Part shown: one piece after another, positions 29,237-38,411 of the stretch
Layout: each line of letters starts with the position of its first letter
Position numbering within the stretch: the first letter of the stretch is position 1
Origin: Candidatus Atabeyarchaeum deiterrae
GTDB lineage: Archaea > Asgardarchaeota > Atabeyarchaeia > Atabeyarchaeales > Atabeyarchaeaceae
Length of the DNA stretch: 64,000 nucleotides
Assembly (NCBI GenBank): GCA_037310415.1
Contig: CP147780.1
Location: 1,120,001-1,184,000, forward strand
Reading direction: 5' to 3'
The notes under the pieces: model-generated
Told to the model about the DNA's origin: nothing
The model's database searches: none
Seen by the model: the letters and a program-made list of their open reading frames with translations, nothing else
Translations under genes and position numbers: made by a program

Positions 29237-30526
29237 CTAAGCCTTTTCTCTGCTGATTAGCTTCATTAGTTTGGGCATGAGTTCTGTTCCTTTTGACAGG
29301 ATTCCTAAGCTTCCTTTGGCGCATTCCCTTTCACCGAATTTTTCAGCACCATCTCCCCTGATCTTGTCACCTGCTATCAAAAGTGGAACTGGATCATCAC
29401 TATGACCTTTCAATGAACATGGAGTTGAGTGGTCAGCTGTAACACAGACGACTGAATTGGACAAATCAATTATCTTGAGCAACTTGCTGAAGAATAGAGC
29501 GTCAATCTTCTCAATTATCTCCTTTTTCAGTTTCACATCCCCGTCATGTCCAGGTTCATCAGGGCCCTTTATGTGAATGTAGAAACAATTGTGCGATCTC
29601 ATGGCCTCCTTCAGCCTAGCTATTCTCAGTTCCAGATCTGCTTGAATGTTCTTTGAAGGCGGAGGCAACTCGAAGACATCCATTCCAGAGAGTTTCCCTA
29701 TGCCTATTTCTACAGGCATGTCTGCTAGACAGGCGAATCTCACACCATATTTCTTATTGATGCTAAAGAGTTTGGGCACGTGGTCACCTGCGTCCCGCGA
29801 AAGTATGACATTTGCTGGTTTCTTGCCATCCTCAACTCGCGACTTGTTCACAGGGTGATCCTTCAAAACATTGATGCTCTTCTCTGTAAACTCATTTACT
29901 AGTTCAGCTGCAATCTTGGAAGTCTTTTTCTTGTCGAGCGGTTCACACTGCATTAATCTGCTCTCTGTGCCCGCTTTAGCTACACCAAGACCTTTAACTC
30001 GAGCATAAGCAGAGTCCGTGTTTGAGACGTTTCCTGAAAGTGGACTCTCTTCACTTCTTATGACCAGCACGCATCTATGGGCTACAGTGTTCTTGAACTC
30101 AAATGTAGCGCGATGAGATTCAAGTTTCACAGCCTCATTTATCGATTTGCTGAGGCCTTTCGCCTCATCGTTGTCTAGGTTCCTTCCTGCTCGTCTGTCG
30201 AGTATTGCGTTTCCTTTTCCGAGCGTGGCGAAGTTACATCTTAGGGCTAGATCGCCTTCGTTGATTGTGAGTCCTGAGCCGAAGGATTCTATCGGTCCTC
30301 TGCCAGAGTGATACTTGAAAGGATCGTATCCGAGTATCGAAATAACGGCCACGTCACTTTCAGGGGCGACGCCTTTCTTAACAGTATACATCAGGCCGGT
30401 ACTACCATTCTTGGCCAACTGATCCAAGTTGGGGGTGGAAGCTGCTTCGAGTGGAGTTCTTCCGCCCAGTTCTTCTACAGGGCGGTCACCCATACCATCT
30501 ATACAGACATAGAACAAATTCATCAT
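29237..30526 (-). CDS. apgM: 2,3-bisphosphoglycerate-independent phosphoglycerate mutase, archaeal type
   Basis: DGMGD, TPLEAA.TP.LD, PESD, KGPDEPGHDG, TADHSTP, HSDDPVP. Confidence 0.92.
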   Translation of the reverse strand: MMNLFYVCIDGMGDRPVEELGGRTPLEAASTPNLDQLAKNGSTGLMYTVKKGVAPESDVAVISILGYDPFKYHSGRGPIESFGSGLTINEGDLALRCNFATLGKGNAILDRRAGRNLDNDEAKGLSKSINEAVKLESHRATFEFKNTVAHRCVLVIRSEESPLSGNVSNTDSAYARVKGLGVAKAGTESRLMQCEPLDKKKTSKIAAELVNEFTEKSINVLKDHPVNKSRVEDGKKPANVILSRDAGDHVPKLFSINKKYGVRFACLADMPVEIGIGKLSGMDVFELPPPSKNIQADLELRIARLKEAMRSHNCFYIHIKGPDEPGHDGDVKLKKEIIEKIDALFFSKLLKIIDLSNSVVCVTADHSTPCSLKGHSDDPVPLLIAGDKIRGDGAEKFGERECAKGSLGILSKGTELMPKLMKLISREKA

Positions 30527-30678
30527 AAGCAGTCTGAACGCCTCCAAGACATTTCTTCAGTATCTTATGGAAAGATTGGAGCGATAATCGGGCAATTGTC
30601 ATGGCATCCTAATTGCATTTGAAGAAAGCTTTCACTTACTACTCTGAAAAACGAATATGAGTTTTGTGCAGCGCTACT

Positions 30679-32001
30679 TCACTGGTTTTTTTCGCCTAGT
30701 TTTAGGGTGAATTTGCAGTGGTCATGACCAGTACCGTAGCATTCAACTTCCCGGACGGTTGTTTCGACCCCAAGTTTAGCTTCGAATATGCCCTCAATTA
30801 GCCCTTCATCCAGCGTGCAGAGAGTGTCTCCGACATTCGGAGAATCCTTGCACTCTAGGCAATCGTTCACAACAATTGTCAATCCACTCTTATCTTCGTC
30901 TTTAACCGTTAACTTACCTAGACCGCGAGTGCTCCAATATTCAGCCAACTCAGTCACTAAGCGGCTTTGACTCTTCGACTTGAATGTGTGCCCCACGTCC
31001 AGCCCTATTTGTTTACCTACGTTTCTAAACTGTTCTCTTAGGTTTATGCCAAGGAAGTCTAGAGCATGAATTATAGACTCTATTCTGGGTGCGAATCTCA
31101 GCTGTTCTTCTCCGATATGGTTCACGAGTTTGGAAAGTTTCTCGTAGAGCTGATTCTGAGTCAGACTTATCTGAATGCGTTCAACAGGTTTGCCTGTTTC
31201 AATCTCATCGAATCTACCCTTAGCGTCGATCGCGACGCTCCACATTAACTCAAAAAACTCCTTATGAGACAAGACAAAATCCTTACTATCAGCCCACAAC
31301 GCAGCATCACGGTCTGCTGGAAGCCCAATAGAACTACCCAAAACCAGTAGAGTCACAACCTCCTTGTCATCAACCACAACGAAGCTTATGGGATTCTCAA
31401 GTTTCAAGTGCCTAACTTCAGCAAACTCCATAAACCTCTTAACGGAGCCAATGTTAGCCTTGTCAATCTCACAGATAATCCTTACCTTAGTCTTCTGCTT
31501 CTCCACAAGTTCTTCAAGGGCGTCGTCAACACCATTTAGCACAGCGAGAACAGCGCCCCGTTTCGTCGTAGCCATACAGACATTTTTTCTGGGTTCTTGG
31601 AAGATTTCAACAAAAACGTTGTAAATTCGCTGCGCACTGTGAACTAACCTGAATGTCGGCTGTGTCTCGACTTTTCCAGGAGGAATAGTCTTCCAAGTTT
31701 CTAACACAATTTCCTTGCTTCGTTCTATCTTTGATATCTTGCTTTTCTGTTCTTCTATCAGTATATCAAATCCTTTGTTCAGGGCGACTGCGACAAACCT
31801 CATTGGCTTCTCAAGAGTCCTCTTCACAAGATTCCTCTGCTCGAGTTTCTCAAGTGTACGATAAGCATCCATCCTATCGAATTTCAGGGAATCAGCAACA
31901 GCGCTGGCCTTACTGGGCCCTAATCTATTTAATTCAAGGTATATCTGCGCCTCTTTCTCTGTTAGACCCGTTTCCACCAGTTCCTTTATGATTGATTCCA
32001 T
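30679..32001 (-). CDS. TrmB-family transcriptional regulator with C-terminal V4R domain
   Basis: GLTEKEAQIY..L HTH; PLD-like effector domain (FVVVDDKE); V4R GLG, DCLEC, C...G.IEG, E.EC...G..HC. Confidence 0.88.
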   Translation of the reverse strand: MESIIKELVETGLTEKEAQIYLELNRLGPSKASAVADSLKFDRMDAYRTLEKLEQRNLVKRTLEKPMRFVAVALNKGFDILIEEQKSKISKIERSKEIVLETWKTIPPGKVETQPTFRLVHSAQRIYNVFVEIFQEPRKNVCMATTKRGAVLAVLNGVDDALEELVEKQKTKVRIICEIDKANIGSVKRFMEFAEVRHLKLENPISFVVVDDKEVVTLLVLGSSIGLPADRDAALWADSKDFVLSHKEFFELMWSVAIDAKGRFDEIETGKPVERIQISLTQNQLYEKLSKLVNHIGEEQLRFAPRIESIIHALDFLGINLREQFRNVGKQIGLDVGHTFKSKSQSRLVTELAEYWSTRGLGKLTVKDEDKSGLTIVVNDCLECKDSPNVGDTLCTLDEGLIEGIFEAKLGVETTVREVECYGTGHDHCKFTLKLGEKNQ

Positions 32002-32196
32002 ACGGGGCTTCCTCCGTTCCTACCAAAGAAGTGGAAAATTACCTCGCCTATAAAAAGCTTTTTTGTTCAGACAAGAGCATAATAGAATATGCTACAAGCC
32101 AAGATCGTTATGCAGTTATTTGGTTCCCTTGCATTAACTACATGTAGTCTATCCAAACAACTATTAAATACTATAGCTCCTTTGAAAGATGGTATC

Positions 32197-32712
32197 ATGG
32201 GGAGCGCACAGAAAATGACACACAGCCAAAGCGATCTTACACTGGAGTCAGTGCAATCAGGTAAAGAACTCAGCGAAATTAGCAGACTCGCACTAGAGAC
32301 GGGAAGCGAAGAAGATGAGATCAATGAAACAATCAAGCGTGACAAGATCTTTGTGGCAAAGAGAAAAGGAAAAGTTGTTGGCTTCCTCTCCTTGATGATG
32401 TGTAACGATGAAAAGACCGTAGAAGTAAGCGGGCTAGCGGTGAAAGCGGGGGAGAGAAGGAGAGGCGTCGCCAAACTGCTCATCAGGCACGCTGAGAAGT
32501 ACGCTATCGACAGAAATGCAAGGAAGCTGGTTGTCAGAACAAGCAATGACAATATCCCTGCCCTCACATTATATCAGAAGGAAAGATTCAAGATGACTGG
32601 AGTCAAGATAGGGAAAATGGTTGAGCATCATGGCGCAGAGTTAACGGGCTGGCAAGGCATACCTGTTAGAGACGAAATAGTTTTGGAAAAGCAAGTTAGC
32701 CAAAATGGATGA
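32197..32712 (+). CDS. GNAT N-acetyltransferase
   Basis: LAV...RRRGVA..L, TSNDNIPAL.LYQK. Confidence 0.88.
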   Translation: MGSAQKMTHSQSDLTLESVQSGKELSEISRLALETGSEEDEINETIKRDKIFVAKRKGKVVGFLSLMMCNDEKTVEVSGLAVKAGERRRGVAKLLIRHAEKYAIDRNARKLVVRTSNDNIPALTLYQKERFKMTGVKIGKMVEHHGAELTGWQGIPVRDEIVLEKQVSQNG

Positions 32713-32762
32713 GAACGCCACAGTTTGATGTTTGGGTACTTCCTGGGAAGTGAGTGTGAAGA

Positions 32763-33557
32763 TTGCCGAAGATCGAGATTAACGGAGTGAAGCTACACTA
32801 CGAAGAATCTGGCAAAGGTGATCCATTGGTCATGGTGCATGGCCTTGGTGGAACCATTTTTGACTGGACTATGCAGATCCCATACTTCTCCAAGACACAC
32901 CACGTTGTTGCAGTTGAAATGCGCGATCATGGAGAATCAGACAAGTATACAGGGTCTTACGATATCAAGATGTTCTCTGAAGATGTGGCGGAACTTGCAA
33001 GGAGGCTTCGCCTCGGCAAAGCGGTCTTCTTTGGTATCTCTATGGGCGGAATGATAGTGCTGGACCTTGCGCTTGACCATCCGGCTATTGTTGAGGCTTT
33101 GGTTCTGGCTGATACGCAACCAGGTCTAAGCGAGGAAACCATAAAGGCGGGGCTAGAGATGGTCTCAATGAGCCAGAAGATGACGGGGGAGGAACTAGCC
33201 AAGGCGACAATGAGTTTCAATTTCAGTCCCGAATTTATCGATACTCATCCAGATGTCGTTGAGCAGGCGATCAAGATATCAGACGCAAGAGATCCATCAT
33301 CAACTTTTCGCGCCGCTGAGGGGCTCGTCAAATTCGATGTCAAGAAAAGGTTGAAGGAAATCAAGGTTCCGACACTCATCGCTAATGGTGAAGATGACCA
33401 AGTGATACCATTGAATGTGGCAAAGCGCCTTAGAGACAGCATCAAAGGCGCGAAGCTTGTTGTTCTACACAAGGGAAGACATATGGCGATTATTGAAAAG
33501 GCGGACGAATTCAACTCGGCAGTCTCGAGTTTCCTTAGAGAAATCAAGAAGAGGTAG
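32763..33557 (+). CDS. Alpha/beta hydrolase (enol-lactonase-like)
   Basis: HGLGG, GISMGG, GEDD, GRH triad. Confidence 0.9.
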   Translation: MPKIEINGVKLHYEESGKGDPLVMVHGLGGTIFDWTMQIPYFSKTHHVVAVEMRDHGESDKYTGSYDIKMFSEDVAELARRLRLGKAVFFGISMGGMIVLDLALDHPAIVEALVLADTQPGLSEETIKAGLEMVSMSQKMTGEELAKATMSFNFSPEFIDTHPDVVEQAIKISDARDPSSTFRAAEGLVKFDVKKRLKEIKVPTLIANGEDDQVIPLNVAKRLRDSIKGAKLVVLHKGRHMAIIEKADEFNSAVSSFLREIKKR

Positions 33558-33626
33558 GACTGTTCAATGTCCTGATAAGATCTCTGTTTAGCAAGAGAAG
33601 ACGCTTTTGGAGAAGGACCTGGCGTT

Positions 33627-34541
33627 TTACTCTCTTTTGATTCCGTAGTACTCGTAGAATCCCCCTTTACTTCCAACTTTGACTCTGGGGTTTCCCAGAA
33701 AACCAGATTTTACAAGCTTCTTAAGAGTCAGAGGTGGAGCATAGTGAGGGTCACCCAATTCGGCGAACAAATAGCTGGATATGTGTAGAAGCGTGTCAAG
33801 CCCGATGAAATCAGACAGTTCAAAAGGTCCCATCGGCCAATTGAAAGCCATTTTCGACATGGCATCGATTTCCTTGATATTGGCCACTCCTTGCTCGAAG
33901 AGTCTCACCGCTTCGATGATCCAACTCGCTATGTATCTGGTTGTGAAGAAACCTGGTCCATCATTTGCAGGGATAGGAGTCTTTCCTAGTTTCTTGCTTA
34001 GATCCATCACTATGCCGTAAGTCTCGTCTGATGTGAGCGCTCCTCTTACAATTTCAATTAGCTTCATTACTGGAGGTGGATTGAACCAGTGCATCCCGAT
34101 TACTTTGTCAGGTCTATTTGTTACTGATGCTATGTCTGTCACCATTATTCCTGACGTGTTTGATGCGAGAATTGTCTGTGCTGGACACAGTCCGTCGAGC
34201 TGTTTGAAGATTCTCTTTTTGAGCTCGAGATCCTCCGGCGTAGCTTCGACTACGAGATCTGTGTCTTTCACAGCCTCTCTCATGTCTGTTGTGGTCTTGA
34301 TGCTTGAGAATGTGGCTTCGAGTTTCTCCTTGGTTATTTTTCCTTTGTCGAGTGCCCTGCTTAGGCTTAATTTGATCTTTTCAAGCCCCTTGGTTACAAG
34401 CTCGTTTGTCAAGTCGGTCATGTATACCTTATAGCCTTCCCTGGCGCATACCTCTACAATTCCAGCACCCATTATTCCTGCGCCCAGAACTGTGATCTTC
34501 TTCAAGTCTTCAAGTCTCAATTCCAAATCAACCTTCCACAA
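33627..34541 (-). CDS. 3-hydroxyacyl-CoA dehydrogenase
   Basis: GAGIMG, SNTS, HWFNP, PMGPFELSDFIGLD. Confidence 0.93.
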   Translation of the reverse strand: MWKVDLELRLEDLKKITVLGAGIMGAGIVEVCAREGYKVYMTDLTNELVTKGLEKIKLSLSRALDKGKITKEKLEATFSSIKTTTDMREAVKDTDLVVEATPEDLELKKRIFKQLDGLCPAQTILASNTSGIMVTDIASVTNRPDKVIGMHWFNPPPVMKLIEIVRGALTSDETYGIVMDLSKKLGKTPIPANDGPGFFTTRYIASWIIEAVRLFEQGVANIKEIDAMSKMAFNWPMGPFELSDFIGLDTLLHISSYLFAELGDPHYAPPLTLKKLVKSGFLGNPRVKVGSKGGFYEYYGIKRE

Positions 34542-34666
34542 TCGACTCGCATCTTACACTGAAACTTCGCACACGACGGGGTTACTTCTTGACGATTAAT
34601 GGTCACGGGTCCCTCCTATTTAAGGAATGACAAGAACATCAGTTGCAAGCGACAACGAAATGCCTA

Positions 34667-35464
34667 CTATGCAATTCCTACTACTCTCCCGATCTGCTTC
34701 TCATCGATTCCAGCAATTATTTCATGCAGCCAGTCAGTTGCTTCTTGGTATTTCTTCTGCAAATCGTTTTCATCCTTGACGAAGTAAAGATGCATTAGCT
34801 TCTCGATAATGTCAGAAGGAAGCTCATAATGAATGTAGCGCATCACAAAGTCATGGTGGAAAGGATTGTACTTCATTCTAAGAATCTCAGTCAGAGTGCT
34901 CAACGTGATTCTAAAATAGTAGTCAAAGGCTTCCAGATAGTTACTTCTGTTAATCTCCTTCGGCACGTAATTGTTGAAGAGATCGACCCTTGCTTTGAGT
35001 CTCTCCAGTCTTTCGCCCAGTATCTTCAGTAATGCATCCTTGTTCAAAGTCGGAATATTGATCTGGTCGGATTTATTGAAGTGGAATACAACCTTGCCAT
35101 GTATCTGTGGCTCGAGGAACTTGTCGGGGCAACTTCTCTGTAGAATGGCAAGATCGATAAGGAGATACTCACTCACTTCCTTCAATCTATAGAATGCTTG
35201 GTAGACTCCTGGTCCATGCAAAAAAGGTGGCACATACTTGCGTTCTATAGGTGACAAGGATTCTAGGACACTTTCGACAACAAGAAAAGTATCCTCTGCC
35301 TTCTTGTCATCAACCACCAAATACAGATCGATATCAGACCACTTGTCCACACGCCCAAAGGCTGCTGCGCCACCTTCCCAAAATGCCTGCACGAATTTGA
35401 GTGGTTCTACAGCATCAACAAGGGTTTTGATTATTGTCTCCCGGCTCAACTTTTCTCCATTCAT
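34667..35464 (-). CDS. Pol-beta-superfamily nucleotidyltransferase (antibiotic NTase-like)
   Basis: GG.A.G..DKWSDID, third Asp IDL, helical C-terminal domain. Confidence 0.75.
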   Translation of the reverse strand: MNGEKLSRETIIKTLVDAVEPLKFVQAFWEGGAAAFGRVDKWSDIDLYLVVDDKKAEDTFLVVESVLESLSPIERKYVPPFLHGPGVYQAFYRLKEVSEYLLIDLAILQRSCPDKFLEPQIHGKVVFHFNKSDQINIPTLNKDALLKILGERLERLKARVDLFNNYVPKEINRSNYLEAFDYYFRITLSTLTEILRMKYNPFHHDFVMRYIHYELPSDIIEKLMHLYFVKDENDLQKKYQEATDWLHEIIAGIDEKQIGRVVGIA

Positions 35465-35685
35465 AGCTGTTCACCCAAAGACAGTTTCACTTTCTCCTTG
35501 CCAAAATCACTCTTATTAACATTCAAAGCTCCGTCTGAATAGCAGATTCGAGACATTAGTGAAGCTAATAACGGTCACATCTTAATAATACTAGACAAGT
35601 AGAAGAAGGCGAACTGCAAGAAATTCGATTATACTTTTCGAGAGTTAGAACAGTAGTTGTTGGCGAGATGAGGAAGGGATAAAAA

Positions 35686-36609
35686 ATGACGGATTATAAG
35701 GAATTAGTCTACGAAAAGAAAAACATGACTGTTAGGGTAACGATAAACCGACCCGAAGTCTATAACGCTTACAGTACAAACACCTTGAAGGAACTGGCAC
35801 AAGCTTTTGATGGCATTTCTGACGATGACTCGGTTGGAGTTGCAGTCCTAACTGGGGCAGGTGAGAGAGCCTTCTGCACAGGCGGAGATGTTAAAGAGTA
35901 CGCCAACGTCTATCAGAAGGCACCTCATCGCTACTGGAATTATATGGTGACTTTCGACAAAGCTGTGTCAAGCATAAAAAACTGTAGGGTTCCAGTTATA
36001 GCAAGAATCAATGGCATTGCAGCGGGCGGGGGCAATGAACTCCATCAGGCATGTGATCTCTCAATAGCCTCTGAGAACTCAAAGTTTCTACAAGTAGGTG
36101 TTAGAGTCGGAAGCGTAGCAGCTGGAGGAGCAACCCAGTGGCTTCCGATCTTAATTGGGGACCGAAGAGCAAGGTGGATGCTGTATACAACTGATGAGGT
36201 CGACGCGAAAACTGCGGAACAATGGGGGCTAGTCAATAAGGTTGTCCCCTACAAAGAGCTTGATGCAGCCGTCGAGGATGTTTGCAGCAAAATACTCAAC
36301 AAATTCCCAGAATGCTTGAGGTACACGAAGGTGCAAACGAACTTCTGGAAAGATCTGGCCTGGAACAATACTGTTCAACACGCTAGAGACTGGCTTGCAT
36401 TGCACATGGGATCGGCTGAAGCTATCGAAGGAATGCAGGCGTTCGTCGAGAAAAGGCCAGCAAACTACATGAAGCTCAGAGAGAAGCTCGCCAAAGGAGA
36501 GCCTGCCGAGTTTCCATGGGGTTCGCTAACATCATCATGTCCGAAGTGCGGCGCAAAGAATCTGCCTCAGCAATTCAAGTTCTGTGGTGTATGCGGTGGG
36601 AAACTGTAA
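35686..36609 (+). CDS. Crotonase-family ring-opening hydrolase (Oah/BamA-like) with C-terminal zinc ribbon
   Basis: FCTGGDVKEY...Y..YM, GGGNE, Q.G...GS.A.GGAT..LP; CPKCG...FCGVCG tail. Confidence 0.78.
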   Translation: MTDYKELVYEKKNMTVRVTINRPEVYNAYSTNTLKELAQAFDGISDDDSVGVAVLTGAGERAFCTGGDVKEYANVYQKAPHRYWNYMVTFDKAVSSIKNCRVPVIARINGIAAGGGNELHQACDLSIASENSKFLQVGVRVGSVAAGGATQWLPILIGDRRARWMLYTTDEVDAKTAEQWGLVNKVVPYKELDAAVEDVCSKILNKFPECLRYTKVQTNFWKDLAWNNTVQHARDWLALHMGSAEAIEGMQAFVEKRPANYMKLREKLAKGEPAEFPWGSLTSSCPKCGAKNLPQQFKFCGVCGGKL

Positions 36610-36860
36610 TTTCGTCCATCAACACATCTAACTTTTTTGAGTCATCCTGTTCGCATAGACAAAAGGTGGATCTCGAAAGACATCAGTGAGAAAGAGTGAT
36701 CACATCCAACTCTCAATGCGGTGAGGCGCGTTGATTTCAGCAGATGAGTAAATAAACTTTTTGTTTCTCCTCGAAGTTTTCGCTAATCGATCTCTCTCTG
36801 TGTGGCTGTTTTTAGAAAGTCTTAAAAGAAACAAAATGAAAGAGCATTGATTGACCGAAG

Positions 36861-38363
36861 ATGTTTGCGAAGCAACTCAAGTGTATCTACTGCGGAGAAG
36901 AGTATGACATTCCGCGGAACGGGGAAGATCCGAGACTGAACAATAAGTTAATGTGTCCTAAATGTGCGAACATTCACAAATGGACCTACGGGTCACTAGA
37001 TGTAGTCTATGATTATGATGAGATCCGCGACAAAGTTGACCTAGACAAAATCTTCGACTTTGATACCCCTGTGGACACAATGTGGGGATTCAAAGATCTT
37101 CTTCCGATTTGGTCGCAACCCGTTTGCTTGGGCGAAGGTGACACACCATTCTACACATGCCAGAGGGTATGTGAAGAGCTCGACGTATCCAACCTTTACT
37201 TGAAATATGAAGGAGCTAACCCAACAGGATCCTTCAAGGATAGAGAATCATCTGTCTGTGTTTCGCGTGCTCTTGAAATAGGAGCTAAGGGCGTCACTTG
37301 CATATCGTCTGGCAACGCGGCAGGTTCATTAGCTGCATATGCTTCAAGAGCTGGAGTGAAATGCTTGGTGTTCACTCCAAGCAGCGCTTCTCCTGAGAAA
37401 ATGACCCAGATAGGTATATTCGACGCTGAACTGATCGCCGTAGATGGTATCTTTGAGGACGTATGGGAACTCATTAACCGAAACGCAGCCAATACTGGAG
37501 ACGATCAAATCTCAAAGCTAGCAAACCTTACGTACCAATACTACTATGACTGCAATGCGGCTCTTAACCCGTATCGAGTCGAGGGAGACAAGACCGAGGC
37601 ATATGAGATATACCGCAATTTGCAGAATATACCTGACTGGGTTGTAGTTCCAACAGGGAATGGCAGCAACCTTGCAGGCATCTGGAAGGGCTTCAAGGAG
37701 ATGTTCAATCTCGGGATCATAAACAGATTACCTAAACTTATATGTGTCCAGGTGAAGGGAGGCGACCCGATAGCCAAAGCATTCGAGCAGAAAAAAGACT
37801 CCTCTGTTAGGGTGGAGAATCCACCAGATTCCATAGCAGAAGGAATAGTTGCAAGGGACTGCTACGATGCCACCAAAGCTCTTCGCGCGTTAAGGGAATC
37901 AGGTGGTGTAACAGTCGCCGTTGACGACCTCGAGGTTATCGAGTATATGGAGTTGCTTGCAGGAAAAGAAGGCGTATTTGTTGAACCAACGTCAGCGACA
38001 ACGCTGGCTGCTGTTGGAAAACTAAGGGAGACGTACGCTATAGAGAAAAGCGACAAGATTGTTTGCGTACTTACTGGCTCAGGGCTGAAAGCAACCAAGG
38101 AAGTAATGGTCAAGTGCAAGAAAGAAGTGAGGCCAGTAGACAAAGTCAAGAAATCGGACTACATTACGCTAATCAAAGACATCGCAAAAGTCGCTAAGAA
38201 GCAATTCCCAACGATAACGATACCTTTAGCAAGCGACTTGCTGGGACCACCAGAGGCTGCTGCAAAGCCAACCAATGGGAACGCAGGGAAGGGGGGCTCA
38301 GCGAATAGCTCATCAAATCATTCCAAGCAGAAAGAGAACAATAGCAATAAGACCAACTCCTAG
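36861..38363 (+). CDS. thrC: Threonine synthase (PLP fold II)
   Basis: GEGDTP, NPTGSFKDR, SSGN, PTGNG, EPTSA, LTGSGLK. Confidence 0.85.
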   Translation: MFAKQLKCIYCGEEYDIPRNGEDPRLNNKLMCPKCANIHKWTYGSLDVVYDYDEIRDKVDLDKIFDFDTPVDTMWGFKDLLPIWSQPVCLGEGDTPFYTCQRVCEELDVSNLYLKYEGANPTGSFKDRESSVCVSRALEIGAKGVTCISSGNAAGSLAAYASRAGVKCLVFTPSSASPEKMTQIGIFDAELIAVDGIFEDVWELINRNAANTGDDQISKLANLTYQYYYDCNAALNPYRVEGDKTEAYEIYRNLQNIPDWVVVPTGNGSNLAGIWKGFKEMFNLGIINRLPKLICVQVKGGDPIAKAFEQKKDSSVRVENPPDSIAEGIVARDCYDATKALRALRESGGVTVAVDDLEVIEYMELLAGKEGVFVEPTSATTLAAVGKLRETYAIEKSDKIVCVLTGSGLKATKEVMVKCKKEVRPVDKVKKSDYITLIKDIAKVAKKQFPTITIPLASDLLGPPEAAAKPTNGNAGKGGSANSSSNHSKQKENNSNKTNS

Positions 38364-38411
38364 TTACGAATGAAACAGATCGCTCGTCGCGTTGTCTCCC
38401 CGATATTGGCT

